Source of the DNA: an uncultured virus (IMG/VR IMGVR_UViG_3300029288_000094)
Lineage: Duplodnaviria; Heunggongvirae; Uroviricota; Caudoviricetes
Virus record (IMG/VR): IMGVR_UViG_3300029288_000094
DNA: 54,659 nt
Reading direction: 5' to 3' (one strand)
Within the stretch, counting starts at the first letter, position 1. Each line of letters starts with the position of its first letter. The notes beneath the pieces were generated by a model. That model did no database searches and had not been told where the DNA came from. It was given only the letters and a program-made list of their open reading frames with translations. Shown here in pieces: positions 10,138 through 20,047 of the stretch. The position numbers and the translations under genes are program-made.

Positions 10138-11100
10138 TCATGTTAAATTATTCTCCAATTCATAGATTTGTTCTTTTGACATTGATCCTGGGTCGTCAGC
10201 AACTAAAGAAAAGTACCATTCAATGTTCTTTATAAAACTTAACTTGTCAAGTAAACTTAATGCCTGACTCTCAGCCCCCCTATCAAGCATTATAAACACC
10301 TTCTCATACTTATGAGCTACTTGCAACAATAATGCAATCTGCTCATCTCTTATTGAAGTAGTGAATATGCAAGTAGCATTGATTCTTTGACCATAAAAAT
10401 CCAACTTTAAAGCATCAAATACCCCCTCAGTTATAAATAATGCTTTGCCTCCCATAAGGTTATCATAGTTATAAAGACAGAATTTTACATGCCTTACTGA
10501 ATCCTCCACTTTTAAATCTTTATATCTCAATCTTGCGTCTGGGTTAATAGCTCTCCCCTGCCATGACATCAGTTCTCCATCCTGATAAATAGGTAGAATA
10601 ATCCTGAATGCATATCTTCCAGTGAGTGTATATTTTAAATTATACTTTTCCACAAGTTTAGGGACATCATCAAATCCCCTATTCCATAAATAGTTGTAAT
10701 ATGGTTTAGATAAACCACTACTCTTAATATCATGGAATTCTTTTGGCATAATAAGTTTATCTACACCGCCTAATTTCTTATCTTCAATGTTATTAGTATA
10801 ACATATTTCGTTGAGATTGTCAAGTAAATTATCATCTATAAATGATTTTTCTTGCAATAAAAGTTTAGCTTCTGTTAAAGATATACCTAATAATATACTG
10901 AACAGATAAGGCAGGTTTCCTCTATGGTTAGCATTTCTCCAACAAGTATAGTACCCGTCCATTATACCTAAATGCTTACCATTATCATCACCACAGAAAG
11001 GACAGTCTATTGCTAAGAGTGCTTTCTTACCAATGTTCTTACCATGTTCTGCAAATGATATCTTATTACTCAGTAATATCTTTATTATTGTTTCTTTCAT
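10138..11100 (-). CDS. DNA primase (Zn finger + TOPRIM)
   Basis: DCPFCGDD..HLG...CWR; SWQGRAI; FITEGVFDAL; MLD...DDPG. Confidence 0.9.
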   Translation of the reverse strand: MKETIIKILLSNKISFAEHGKNIGKKALLAIDCPFCGDDNGKHLGIMDGYYTCWRNANHRGNLPYLFSILLGISLTEAKLLLQEKSFIDDNLLDNLNEICYTNNIEDKKLGGVDKLIMPKEFHDIKSSGLSKPYYNYLWNRGFDDVPKLVEKYNLKYTLTGRYAFRIILPIYQDGELMSWQGRAINPDARLRYKDLKVEDSVRHVKFCLYNYDNLMGGKALFITEGVFDALKLDFYGQRINATCIFTTSIRDEQIALLLQVAHKYEKVFIMLDRGAESQALSLLDKLSFIKNIEWYFSLVADDPGSMSKEQIYELENNLT

Positions 11101-11129
11101 TTTTTACCTACACTTTTGCCAATCTACTT

Positions 11130-11342
11130 TCATTTCTTATTAATAGCCTCTAACATTATACACTTGAAATTACGTTCACATATGCATGAGCCAGTATAAT
11201 ATGGATAAGTAATATCTTTATTACTTATACAATATTTCCCATCATACTCATGGGGTTCGTAATGTGGGCATTTAGCACCATGATTTCCTCCCAAACATGT
11301 TTTATTTATATTCTTTTTAGGAAACTTACATTCCACTATCAT
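11130..11342 (-). CDS. Cys/His-rich microprotein (family member)
   Basis: CPHYEPH...CICERNFKCIMLEAI. Confidence 0.65.
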   Translation of the reverse strand: MIVECKFPKKNINKTCLGGNHGAKCPHYEPHEYDGKYCISNKDITYPYYTGSCICERNFKCIMLEAINKK

Positions 11343-11845
11343 TTCATAGACTCCTTTATTATTTTATGTGCTTCAGAAATTAATTGTGAGCAACGTGACT
11401 CAGAAATCCCCATAGAAGATGCACACTCTAATCTATTCATACCATTCCAATAGATAAGTTTTATCACTCTTGCTTGGTCTTTATTTAATTTTTTCATAGC
11501 ATCTTTCATAATAGAAGACTTTTCCCTATTAATTATTATATCTTCCAAATTTTCTTGTGCTTCAGCTTCATCAAAGAATTCAGAGAAGAGTACCATCTTG
11601 TAGTTAGATGTAAGTCTTTTAAACCAACCTGCCCTTCTCATCTCATCCTGCATAGCTCTCTTAGCTTTGTTGTAGACGTATGTACTGAACTTAGTTTTCT
11701 TTCCCTTGTCATAAGTTTTAAGACATTTAAGAAATGCTTCCTTCCCCACCTGAATTAAATCTTCTTCATGGTCTGGGTTCAACTTTCTTGCCAGCATCTC
11801 AATCATTGGTAACAACTCTTTTAATAGTTCATCACTATATTCCAT
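11339..11845 (-). CDS. RNA polymerase sigma factor, FliA/WhiG (sigma28)-like, compact
   Basis: EDLIQVG...YDKGKKTKFSTYV...AMQDEMRRAGW (FliA-type) and region 4 MGISESRCSQL. Confidence 0.85.
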   Translation of the reverse strand: MEYSDELLKELLPMIEMLARKLNPDHEEDLIQVGKEAFLKCLKTYDKGKKTKFSTYVYNKAKRAMQDEMRRAGWFKRLTSNYKMVLFSEFFDEAEAQENLEDIIINREKSSIMKDAMKKLNKDQARVIKLIYWNGMNRLECASSMGISESRCSQLISEAHKIIKESMK

Positions 11846-12062
11846 TTTTCTTTAACACCTCTCTTACTAATTCTATGAATATTGGTACGCATTTTCTTGG
11901 TTGCCCACATTTAGAATAACATCCCATACCATCAAAACAAGTGTTGTTTGCTTTGTCTTTATCACATAATATCCCACCAAACCTACAATGTTCATGTTCT
12001 GTTCTGTGCGGGCATAGATTACTTCGTCTACATATGTCTGCATTATTACAGATTACTTTCAT
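11835..12062 (-). CDS. Cys/His-rich microprotein (family member)
   Basis: ICNNADIC...CPHRTEH...CVPIFIELVREVL. Confidence 0.8.
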   Translation of the reverse strand: MKVICNNADICRRSNLCPHRTEHEHCRFGGILCDKDKANNTCFDGMGCYSKCGQPRKCVPIFIELVREVLKKNGI

Positions 12063-12216
12063 CTGCTTTCCTTATAGTTTCTTTTACTTTATGAAGAAAT
12101 GCATCTACACAAATTTGTCCACAATGTGCCTGATAATTAACACAATATGGATTCTGTTCATGTGGAACTCTATGAGCACAGTCATTATTATAATTACATG
12201 GTTTAGGGCATATCAT
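12046..12216 (-). CDS. Cys/His-rich microprotein (56 aa, below ORF-track cutoff)
   Basis: Manual translation MICPKPCNYNNDCAHRVPHEQNPYCVNYQAHCGQICVDAFLHKVKETIRKADESNL. Confidence 0.75.
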   Translation of the reverse strand: MICPKPCNYNNDCAHRVPHEQNPYCVNYQAHCGQICVDAFLHKVKETIRKADESNL

Positions 12217-15200
12217 TTCCATTTTTCTTTACCCTCCACTAAAGCATTGAATAAATCCTTTCCCTCAGTAAGATATTTTTGTAATTTTTCTTCTATTGAC
12301 TCCTTAGTAATCATCCTATAGATAAAAGTTCTGTTTACTTGACCAGTCCTGTGGCAATTATGCACAGAAGCTAATCCTACAACAAAAGAATGGTCTTGAT
12401 GTGCTATTTCTAAATCGTATACAGTTCTATTTTTAGAAGAATTTTTATAAATTTTTTTTGTTTTTATAGGAAATAAAATATTTCCTTCTTTGTTTACAAT
12501 TTTAGTATTTTTTTGTTTGTTTTTCAAAGTGTATTCTATAACCCATGTTCTAGCTTGGGGGGCATATCTTACTGAACAAGTTTCTCCCATTTTCCCTAAT
12601 AAAAAAGGCAATTGAGAGGCTATTATAGGGGAAGCTGTAGAAATTTGTTGAGTATTTTTCCTTAAATACCCATCTCCTTTGAAATAACCTTCTAAAAATG
12701 GTATTACCAATTTATCCTCTAATAAAAATACCCACTCTGGTATTCTCTTGCTTTTAGACTTTTCCCCAAACCATTCTTTAAATAGAATGGCTAACTCTTT
12801 TGAAGAAATTCTACACTCAATACATGTTTTTTCTGGTTTTTCTTTTACTATTAGCTTAAATTCTCCATCTAAAAAATATTTTCCTATTGTTTTAGCCACA
12901 TCAATAACAATATTTTTTTCTTTATTTAAATTACCACATACTCCAACACAGTGGTAAGCACTTGGCTTATCATACTTTTTATATGTAATAGAGGTAGACC
13001 ATCCTTCTGCTAAATACCACCCTAAACTAAACATTATTATTTCATCCAATAGTACTTCCTCTCTAAGGTTATGTTTTCTTTTGGAAAAACCTTGTGAAAT
13101 ACCAAAATTATTAGTAAAAGAAGTTATCTTGTTTTTAAGATTTAATTTATTTATTTTATGTTTAAAATCTTGTAATTTGGGAAGCACTAAATAATGATTT
13201 TTAATATCTAAATCTATAGCCTTAACCCATTTATATGTATTTAGAAATATGTCAAACACATAAACTCTATGATCTTCTGTAACCGACAACTTTTCATAAA
13301 AACCAAAATATTCTAAATCAACAAATAATTTTTTTCTTTCACTTTTAGAAATTAATTTTTTTACTTTTGATATATTACCGTTATGGGTAATAATTTTTTC
13401 CCCCTCCTTTATTTCTTCTATATTTTTAAATCCAGATAAAGTTAGTACTTTTTGGCCCCCCAAAATACATCTCTTTTCACTCTGCGAATAGTCAATACTG
13501 CTGACAGGTAATTCATAATAGATAGCAAAGTTAGCTTTTTGTAGGTTCAAGCCTACACCTCCAGATTTTATATTAGCCACCAGCACTTTACATTTGTTAT
13601 CATCTAAGAATTTATTCTTAGCACCTACTTTATCTTTAGTGCCCCCATATAGTCTTTCAAATTTAATCTTCTCTTTCTTTAATCTTTCACATACAATATC
13701 ACCAGACTTTACATAGTCCAAGAATACTACTATCTTGTATTTATCATCTACAGAATTAATCAAGTCTACTAAAGAATCCAATTTAGGGTTCTCTTTCATG
13801 GGAATATGTAAGTCATCTACATTCACATAACCAGAACATAACTGTCTTAGTTTGTGAAAACTATTCTTAATCATAGTCAAGTTCCCCTGTGCTTCTATAA
13901 TACCATCTACAACTTGTGAGTAATACTCAGCAGTTGATTGTGGCATGGAAATTGCATAGTCAACTACAACTTTTTCCGGGAGTTCATTAGCTTCCCACTC
14001 TGCATAACGTAAGGATTTATTACTTAACTTTTTGTTTAGGAGAGGTTCTAACTTATGCTTAAATTTATAATCTACCCCGCCCCAAAAATTATCTTTAGCA
14101 TCAAAGAAGGCTTCTCGATAAAGTGATAATGTTTCTCCTAAAGTTTCACCTTTATCTACCAGATAGAACTGTGACCATAAAGCCATAGGGTCACGGTTAA
14201 TCGGGGTTCCCGTGAGACCGAATCTAATTTTTGCTGAACTAAACAACTTTCTACATACTTTAAATGTTAAACTACTTGGATTTTTACAATTATGCACTAA
14301 TACCCCATTAGCATAGTATGAAGGATGTCCCTCAATCTCTAAATCATAAAATTCTACATACCCCCTGTTTCTATCTGTATCTGAGATAATACCCAAGAAA
14401 GATTCGTCATTACATCCTTGTTTGTAAACCTCAACACTTTCCACCCCAACTCTTTCAATTTCTTTTCTTTCTTCTCGTCTTTTAATTTCATCTTTTTCCA
14501 GTTGTGCATCTTCCCATCTATCTCTACCCCAATCTTTAATTTCTTGTTTCCTAAATCTACTTTGTAACATGATGGGTATCCTTTTCCTTGTGAAAAGGTT
14601 TTTATTGGAAGTTCTGGTCTCCAATCTTTTGGGAGAGCATTTTTCAGTATTATCTGCTGTGTTGTTAATTTTCCATTTCCCCCACGTTCCCCTTTCCATA
14701 CATGGAGATTTCCATTTTTCTCTTTTGTTTTCCTTATCTTTTCTACAACTTCTGGATTTCTTGAGGGGTTTTTTATTTTCATTCTTAAAGAAGCTTCCTC
14801 TGCAATGAGAGGGTTCATTTTGTGTGCCCTCTTCATCCATTCTGATTTCCTCTCTGAGGTAACTTTTAAATTTATTTTCTCTATAATTTCTGGCTGAGCC
14901 ATTCTCCATTTTGCAGAACAGGAGGTTGAACAAAATCTTCTCTTTTTTATGTCTGCAATGTAAGTCTTCCCGCAGAATTCGCATGTTTTTGACATTCTTA
15001 TGTTTCTTTCTCTTTCTCTCAGTTTTACAAGACAATCTACTGAACAGAATTTTTGTTTTGTTCCCTTTTGTTTTATTACCGAATTGCAGTTTAAACAGTA
15101 ACGTATTATCTTCTTTCTTGGCATCTTCTTCTCCTTCTTTTGTTAATCCTTTATCTACACTTAATAATCCTTTATTCGTGTAAAATAAATGTTCTGTTGT

Positions 15201-15923
15201 TGTAAAAATAGTAGTGTTGTCATTAAGTCTTAGCTTTACTACTTTTTCTAAAGGTATTTTATTTATATAAATATTTTTTACCAAGTCCATGCCAAATAAA
15301 TTAGGTATACAATCTCCAATATTAATATCTGAAATATCTTTTTCTCCTAATAAAGTACTAATTTTAGTACCTTTATGAAAACATAGGTGTACTTCGTCAG
15401 CAATAATAGTATCAAATAAATCTGTAAATTTTTTAATATTCTTGTTATTTTGTACCCACTTTCCATCTACAGGGTCAGTAAGTAATACAAGTAAACCTGT
15501 ATAGTTTATTATAAATATTTCAGTGTTATTCTTTACATGATAATCAATCATGTTCCATCTTTCTTCTTTAGTACCCATTAACTCTACACAGGTAAAATCA
15601 GTGTGCTTCTTTATTTCATCTGAGAAAGTAGAAACAGTAGAAGCATTGGGAGAAAGTACTAATACCCTTTTCCAATCTTCTCTTCTAAGTTTAAGTGTGT
15701 ATAGAGAGATAAGCGACTTCCCAGTACCGAGGTCGAAGAAAAATAGGAATCCATCATTCAATAAACCTGCTAAGATGCCTGCAAGCTGGTGTTTATATGG
15801 CTTAGTTTTAAATTCACACTTAGGTAGAATTTCTATAAGTTCTTTTTTAGATAACTTCTTTATCCATAAGTGAGAATTAACTTCTTTTTTTAAATATAGT
15901 TCCACTGCAGCTTTATTTATCAC
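12213..15923 (-). CDS. SNF2-family helicase containing two inteins
   Basis: PYKHQ, DLGTGKS, ADEVH, LTGTPI, GGVGLNLQ, QSEKR|CHRTGQ. Confidence 0.93.
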   Translation of the reverse strand: MINKAAVELYLKKEVNSHLWIKKLSKKELIEILPKCEFKTKPYKHQLAGILAGLLNDGFLFFFDLGTGKSLISLYTLKLRREDWKRVLVLSPNASTVSTFSDEIKKHTDFTCVELMGTKEERWNMIDYHVKNNTEIFIINYTGLLVLLTDPVDGKWVQNNKNIKKFTDLFDTIIADEVHLCFHKGTKISTLLGEKDISDINIGDCIPNLFGMDLVKNIYINKIPLEKVVKLRLNDNTTIFTTTEHLFYTNKGLLSVDKGLTKEGEEDAKKEDNTLLFKLQFGNKTKGNKTKILFSRLSCKTERKRKKHKNVKNMRILREDLHCRHKKEKILFNLLFCKMENGSARNYRENKFKSYLREEIRMDEEGTQNEPSHCRGSFFKNENKKPLKKSRSCRKDKENKREKWKSPCMERGTWGKWKINNTADNTEKCSPKRLETRTSNKNLFTRKRIPIMLQSRFRKQEIKDWGRDRWEDAQLEKDEIKRREERKEIERVGVESVEVYKQGCNDESFLGIISDTDRNRGYVEFYDLEIEGHPSYYANGVLVHNCKNPSSLTFKVCRKLFSSAKIRFGLTGTPINRDPMALWSQFYLVDKGETLGETLSLYREAFFDAKDNFWGGVDYKFKHKLEPLLNKKLSNKSLRYAEWEANELPEKVVVDYAISMPQSTAEYYSQVVDGIIEAQGNLTMIKNSFHKLRQLCSGYVNVDDLHIPMKENPKLDSLVDLINSVDDKYKIVVFLDYVKSGDIVCERLKKEKIKFERLYGGTKDKVGAKNKFLDDNKCKVLVANIKSGGVGLNLQKANFAIYYELPVSSIDYSQSEKRCILGGQKVLTLSGFKNIEEIKEGEKIITHNGNISKVKKLISKSERKKLFVDLEYFGFYEKLSVTEDHRVYVFDIFLNTYKWVKAIDLDIKNHYLVLPKLQDFKHKINKLNLKNKITSFTNNFGISQGFSKRKHNLREEVLLDEIIMFSLGWYLAEGWSTSITYKKYDKPSAYHCVGVCGNLNKEKNIVIDVAKTIGKYFLDGEFKLIVKEKPEKTCIECRISSKELAILFKEWFGEKSKSKRIPEWVFLLEDKLVIPFLEGYFKGDGYLRKNTQQISTASPIIASQLPFLLGKMGETCSVRYAPQARTWVIEYTLKNKQKNTKIVNKEGNILFPIKTKKIYKNSSKNRTVYDLEIAHQDHSFVVGLASVHNCHRTGQVNRTFIYRMITKESIEEKLQKYLTEGKDLFNALVEGKEKWK
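12357..13469 (-). mobile_element. Intein (371 aa) with LAGLIDADG endonuclease, in helicase motif VI
   Basis: EKR|CILGGQKVLT...VTEDHRV...LGWYLAEGW...FLEGYFKGDG...VYDLEI...SVHN|C. Confidence 0.93.
14289..15383 (-). mobile_element. Intein (365 aa) next to the helicase DExH motif, with out-of-frame endonuclease
   Basis: DEVHL|CFHKGTKIST...TTTEHLF...FYDLEIEGHPSYYANGVLVHN|C. Confidence 0.9.
14354..15124 (-). CDS. Zn-finger + Vsr/DUF559-like (PD-(D/E)xK) endonuclease nested out of frame in the intein
   Basis: CLNC...FCSVDC, CEFC...FCSTSC; YKVDLG...IGVEIDG..H...DEKKEKKLKELGWKVLRF; AAGGAG 6 nt before ATG. Confidence 0.88.
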   Translation of the reverse strand: MPRKKIIRYCLNCNSVIKQKGTKQKFCSVDCLVKLRERERNIRMSKTCEFCGKTYIADIKKRRFCSTSCSAKWRMAQPEIIEKINLKVTSERKSEWMKRAHKMNPLIAEEASLRMKIKNPSRNPEVVEKIRKTKEKNGNLHVWKGERGGNGKLTTQQIILKNALPKDWRPELPIKTFSQGKGYPSCYKVDLGNKKLKIGVEIDGKMHNWKKMKLKDEKKEKKLKELGWKVLRFTNKDVMTNLSWVLSQIQIETGGM

Positions 15924-16107
15924 GAAGCACCTTTATATTCCAAACAAGTCATCTTGACAGTCTTGGCATAAACCACTAATCATCCACTCTTCAAAACTTG
16001 ATTCATCTCTAAATTCATCTGGGTCTATATCTACCCCACAGAATGAACATATACCACCTTCTACCATTTCCACAGCATCACCAAACCCAACACTTCTCAT
16101 GATTTCT

Positions 16108-16302
16108 TTATTCATTTCTTAGTTCCTTTTTTATAGTTTTTTCTACAAGGTCTATGAAAGGGTCTACACATTTACTACCTTTAATACAACTATGAAATTC
16201 AACATGGCTATTACACTGTACCTCAAAGGAATCTAACTCATGCAGCTTTCTATGCACACAAATATAATATGTACATACTTCATGTTTATCACAAATAAAC
16301 AT
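16108..16302 (-). CDS. Cys/His-rich microprotein (family member)
   Basis: ICDKHEVC...CVHRKLH...CVDPFIDLVEKTI. Confidence 0.8.
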   Translation of the reverse strand: MFICDKHEVCTYYICVHRKLHELDSFEVQCNSHVEFHSCIKGSKCVDPFIDLVEKTIKKELRNE

Positions 16303-16680
16303 TTACTTTTCTCCTGTTACTTTAAAGTAGTAGTTTGAAGCATTACCAGAATATTTTTCTAAAGTCTTTCTCAAACATCCTGTCTTCTTATAGTAATGTG
16401 ACAATATAAACTTCGCTGCTTTCTCATTCTTATGTTTATTGAACAGATCATTTCTATTCTTTATTATTCCATGTTTCTTCAACTCATCTTTCCAAACCGA
16501 GTATCTTATCTGGTATAGTCCTAAAGCACCTTTCTTACTTACTGCTTTAGGGTTGTGATTAGACTCTACCCTTGCTATGTTATGCAGTAACTCCTTGGTT
16601 ATAGGATTTTTATACTCTAAGTTAGGTAATGCAGTAGCACAGGATATAAAAAATATTGCACTAAGTATTATTTTTTTCAA
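16303..16680 (-). CDS. Lytic transglycosylase (SLT domain) with signal peptide
   Basis: IARVESNHNPKAVSKKGALGLYQI; hydrophobic N-terminus. Confidence 0.9.
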   Translation of the reverse strand: MKKIILSAIFFISCATALPNLEYKNPITKELLHNIARVESNHNPKAVSKKGALGLYQIRYSVWKDELKKHGIIKNRNDLFNKHKNEKAAKFILSHYYKKTGCLRKTLEKYSGNASNYYFKVTGEK

Positions 16681-16915
16681 TAACTTCTCCTTGTTTAATA
16701 GTTTTTTCTACTAATACCTCAAACTCTGTTTTAAGTTTTACTTTTCCCTTCACAAAGAAACAAAAACTTTCATCTTTTTTTATGGAATACCCATCATACC
16801 AAATTAAAATATTCTCAACATCAGCACCACTAATTAAACGACATTTAGGATGTGTTATACTATTGTTTACCTTATCATAATTACAAGTCTTGTAATGTTC
16901 ACAATAAACTTTCAT
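16661..16915 (-). CDS. Cys-rich microprotein (family member)
   Basis: YCEHYKTC...TEFEVLVEKTI. Confidence 0.7.
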   Translation of the reverse strand: MKVYCEHYKTCNYDKVNNSITHPKCRLISGADVENILIWYDGYSIKKDESFCFFVKGKVKLKTEFEVLVEKTIKQGEVIEKNNT

Positions 16916-17411
16916 TCTTTAAAACCTTTTTAACCTTATTGATAAACTCATCATAGTAAAAATCTCTTTTAACCATGTCCAATGGATGAACAGAAGTATG
17001 TTCTAAAATCTTATCAGTACATTTATTCTCATTTGTTTTTATTAAATTTTCAATATAGAAAGATGTTTTTATACCATAACCAGTTTTATGAACTATTAAA
17101 CTATAATTTTTTGAGATGCATTCTTTCCATCTTTTATCAGATACCATCCTTTGTACTAACATTTTATCTAAAATAAGAGGCATTATCCACAGTTTTAGCT
17201 TACCTTCATGTATAACCCAAGTTAATACTTTCTTAAATGATTTTCCACCTACATTACAACATGCCCCCACATCACAAAAGTAAACCATGCTATCTATCCG
17301 ATGGATATAAACATCAAGACCATAATGACTTGGATTTTTCCAAGTAGGAGGTAAGATTCTGACAATATTTTCTCCGTCAGATAGATGAAACATTTCATAA
17401 TCTTCTCTCAT
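16899..17411 (-). CDS. Short ssDNA-binding-like (gp32-like) protein
   Basis: LSDGENIVRILPP...YIH resembles phage SSB N-termini; adjacent to helicase. Confidence 0.5.
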   Translation of the reverse strand: MREDYEMFHLSDGENIVRILPPTWKNPSHYGLDVYIHRIDSMVYFCDVGACCNVGGKSFKKVLTWVIHEGKLKLWIMPLILDKMLVQRMVSDKRWKECISKNYSLIVHKTGYGIKTSFYIENLIKTNENKCTDKILEHTSVHPLDMVKRDFYYDEFINKVKKVLKNESLL

Positions 17412-17413
17412 GA

Positions 17414-18814
17414 TTACTCCTTGTTTTCTATCAAACTAAAGTATTCTTTCTGTTTTCTCATGGGGACACTCTGCAAACAGAATTGCCCTAAGTCATAGTT
17501 CTGAGATATAAGCACTAAACTTCCTTCTTTAGCATTTCTTGCTTTATCAATAAACAGTCTTGCTAAACCTTTCTCCCTTTCTTGTGGAGTAGCTGAATAA
17601 GTTATAAGGTAATCAGCTACCCTGACTTTACTGAAATCTTCAGCTAAATGTTTCCTTGTAAGTATCTGCTGACCTTCACCAGCTTTATTGGTCTGTGCCA
17701 CTGTTACCATAGCAATATTCCTTTCTCCTGCTATACCACGCAACTGTATGGCAGTTTGACCTAAATCAATTCTCATTCTTTCTACATCTATGCTCATTAA
17801 ATCTAAATAGTCAAGAAGTATAATATCTGGTACAAACTTATGATATGCTTCCAGGTTATCAAGATAAGTTTTTAATCCGTCTACTGATAGAGTTCCTGTA
17901 GGAAATTCTTTGATTACCAATTGAGGATTATACAGCATATTCTTTTTAGATTCTAAATACTTTAATATGTCATTATCTTTTAATGACTTATGTTTAAGAA
18001 TATCTTTAAAATCTATGTTAGTGAGATTACCAAACTTATCAGTAACAAATACAGCATTAGTTTTCTGCATCAATTCTGATTTAGAAGTTAGGCTAAAGAA
18101 ATTTTGAAAGTATCTTGCCTTAAGTCTTTCTTCATCTAACTCTAATGATATATGTAGTACTTTCTTTCTTTGCAGTAATGCAAACTTGGAAAGATGTACT
18201 AACATCCAAGACTTACCAGAAGAACTTCTACCTACAAATATGAATAACTCTTTTGGTGCAGGACATATTTCATGCTTGTCTAATTCCTTTATTCCTGTGT
18301 AAATACAATTACCTTCAAGTTTTTCCAAGAAAGTAACAGAGCTATCAAAGTCCTTTAAGAAGAAAGTGCCAGCATCAAACAGACTTACCTGTTTATTTCT
18401 AGATTTGTTAATGATTTCTTCAGCTTTGTCAATATTATTGCTCTGAAGTGCTTCTACTAATTCTTTAGCAGTAAGTTTTAACTGTTGCCCTTTAATGAAT
18501 TTATCTAATGATTTCAGTACATAATCTTTATTTAAAGATTCTCTGCTTTCATATAGGGATTTGAGTATATTTGAATAAATAGTACCCTTTTCCTTGTCTT
18601 TTAGTTCATTTTCCAATAAGTCTGCAATATGCTCTTTTGGTGGTTCACCAAACTCTTTGAAATAACTAATAGTTTTAGTGATTATGTTCCTGTAATAAGC
18701 ATTGGAAAAATGCTCCACTGCCACATTATTAATAATTAACTGTGCAGAATCATTATCAAATACTGCTAAAACTAATATGTTTTCTTGCAACGCATTAGAT
18801 ATTTCATTCATCAA
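17414..18814 (-). CDS. Replicative DNA helicase (DnaB/T4 gp41-like)
   Basis: TGIKELD, GRSSSGKS, HISLEL, IKEFPTG, LLDYLDLM, TVAQTN, KARN. Confidence 0.92.
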   Translation of the reverse strand: MMNEISNALQENILVLAVFDNDSAQLIINNVAVEHFSNAYYRNIITKTISYFKEFGEPPKEHIADLLENELKDKEKGTIYSNILKSLYESRESLNKDYVLKSLDKFIKGQQLKLTAKELVEALQSNNIDKAEEIINKSRNKQVSLFDAGTFFLKDFDSSVTFLEKLEGNCIYTGIKELDKHEICPAPKELFIFVGRSSSGKSWMLVHLSKFALLQRKKVLHISLELDEERLKARYFQNFFSLTSKSELMQKTNAVFVTDKFGNLTNIDFKDILKHKSLKDNDILKYLESKKNMLYNPQLVIKEFPTGTLSVDGLKTYLDNLEAYHKFVPDIILLDYLDLMSIDVERMRIDLGQTAIQLRGIAGERNIAMVTVAQTNKAGEGQQILTRKHLAEDFSKVRVADYLITYSATPQEREKGLARLFIDKARNAKEGSLVLISQNYDLGQFCLQSVPMRKQKEYFSLIENKE

Positions 18815-19010
18815 TTTTTTCCTTCATTAATAATAAGAACTCATCCATAATTCTTATACGTTCCCCCTCGCACATACCTGTGATATAATTAGTTCCTTCT
18901 GCTCTACTCCAAATCATAAGCTCTTTAACTTCATCATGAGTATATCCCTTTTTCCCAAGACATATTGGATATGCCTTCTTACAAGTTTTATAATGCTCAC
19001 AATACCACAT
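18804..19010 (-). CDS. Cys-rich microprotein (family member)
   Basis: YCEHYKTC...MDEFLLLMKEKI. Confidence 0.75.
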   Translation of the reverse strand: MWYCEHYKTCKKAYPICLGKKGYTHDEVKELMIWSRAEGTNYITGMCEGERIRIMDEFLLLMKEKIDE

Positions 19011-19011
19011 T

Positions 19012-19041
19012 ATTATACCATACCTTTATTATTCTTGTCAA
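19012..19041 (-). promoter_or_regulatory. Sigma70-type promoter, TTGACA-N18-TATAAT with TGn extension
   Basis: Minus strand TTGACAagaataataaaggtaTGgTATAAT, upstream of the DnaB-like helicase. Confidence 0.65.
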
Positions 19042-19199
19042 GTACTTTTTTCATTAAAGAAATGAAAGAAGGTTCAAAGTACCTACATTTTTTAGTCAAC
19101 CATAGATTGCAAAGATGATTCAAATCCTTGATTTGGGTTTGAACAAACTTCAAGTTTGTAAAGTACATAACAATAATACTTACAATCTTCAGGCTTCAT
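19013..19199 (-). pseudogene. Frameshifted Cys-rich microprotein
   Basis: MKPEDCKYYC...EVCSNP, then in another frame KDLNHLCNLWLTKKCRYFEPSFISLMKKVL. Confidence 0.55.
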
Positions 19200-19373
19200 T
19201 CCTCTAACTCTTTAATAGTATTAAGCACTTCCTTCTTAACTAACTCTATCATCTGGTCAAACTTAGACATGAAATCACTATCTGGTAATAGTTCTCTGAG
19301 TTCTCTTTCCACACCATTGAATCTAATTCTAACATCTACTGCTGAATAGTCTTTGATAGACTGTGGAGCAGGT

Positions 19374-19580
19374 CTAATGGTTACTACTATTTCTTTCACT
19401 TTCATGTATCTTCTCCTTTACTATTTCTATAAACTCATCTACACATACAACTTTCATATAATCTTCTTCTGTGTCAATAACACATATTTCTTGTAAACAA
19501 AAATCAAGTTCTATATGAGGTCTTGCATGTTTACAATTCTTTGCTCTGCTACATACATTTCTACTTGGACATATCAGCAT
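19374..19580 (-). CDS. Cys/His-rich microprotein (family member)
   Basis: ICPSRNVC...CKHARPH...CVDEFIEIVKEKI. Confidence 0.8.
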   Translation of the reverse strand: MLICPSRNVCSRAKNCKHARPHIELDFCLQEICVIDTEEDYMKVVCVDEFIEIVKEKIHESERNSSNH

Positions 19581-19755
19581 TTTTTATTCTCTCTTTCATT
19601 ATTACAATAAAAATATCCGTACACACAATTTGTCTATATTGTTGAGAAATAACACTACATAACTTAGTAGTACAATTATTCCTTTCTAAATGAGGTTCTG
19701 AATGGGAACACTTTGATGAAACTGGACATAACTTTCTTCTTGGGCAAATTAACAT
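19561..19755 (-). CDS. Cys/His-rich microprotein (family member)
   Basis: ICPRRKLC...CSHSEPH...CTDIFIVIMKERI. Confidence 0.8.
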   Translation of the reverse strand: MLICPRRKLCPVSSKCSHSEPHLERNNCTTKLCSVISQQYRQIVCTDIFIVIMKERIKNADMSK

Positions 19756-19759
19756 TTTT

Positions 19760-19942
19760 TACCTTCAATTTTTCTTTTACTATAAAAATGAATTCATCCA
19801 CACAAAGAGCATCTTTTTTACAAGATGCTGAATTGGTTCCACCACATGGAATAGTTAAACAACTGTCTATTTCTTAATGTGGGGTAGAGTGTCTACAAGT
19901 TTCTGCTTCAAAACATACATCTTTTTTTATGCAAATAAGCAT
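19760..19942 (-). pseudogene. Cys/His-rich microprotein with in-frame TAA at codon 23
   Basis: MLICIKKDVCFEAETCRHSTPH*EIDSCLTIPC...CVDEFIFIVKEKL; TAA at 19874-19876. Confidence 0.7.
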
Positions 19943-20047
19943 GTTTTAGACCACCTTTTATTTTTACCCATAGTTTTATACTCTTTTAAAATTTACGTTG
20001 ATTTTCCATAGCTAATACATGCATAGAACGCATAATAAGAGGTAATT

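Noticed and set aside
15933..16115. C-terminal QDDLF as a beta-clamp-binding motif
   Set aside because: It is part of a CQDCQD zinc-ribbon end, so the match may be coincidental.
19874..19876. Stop-codon reassignment
   Set aside because: A single in-frame TAA; long genes read intact in the standard code and TAA, TAG and TGA all terminate genes here.
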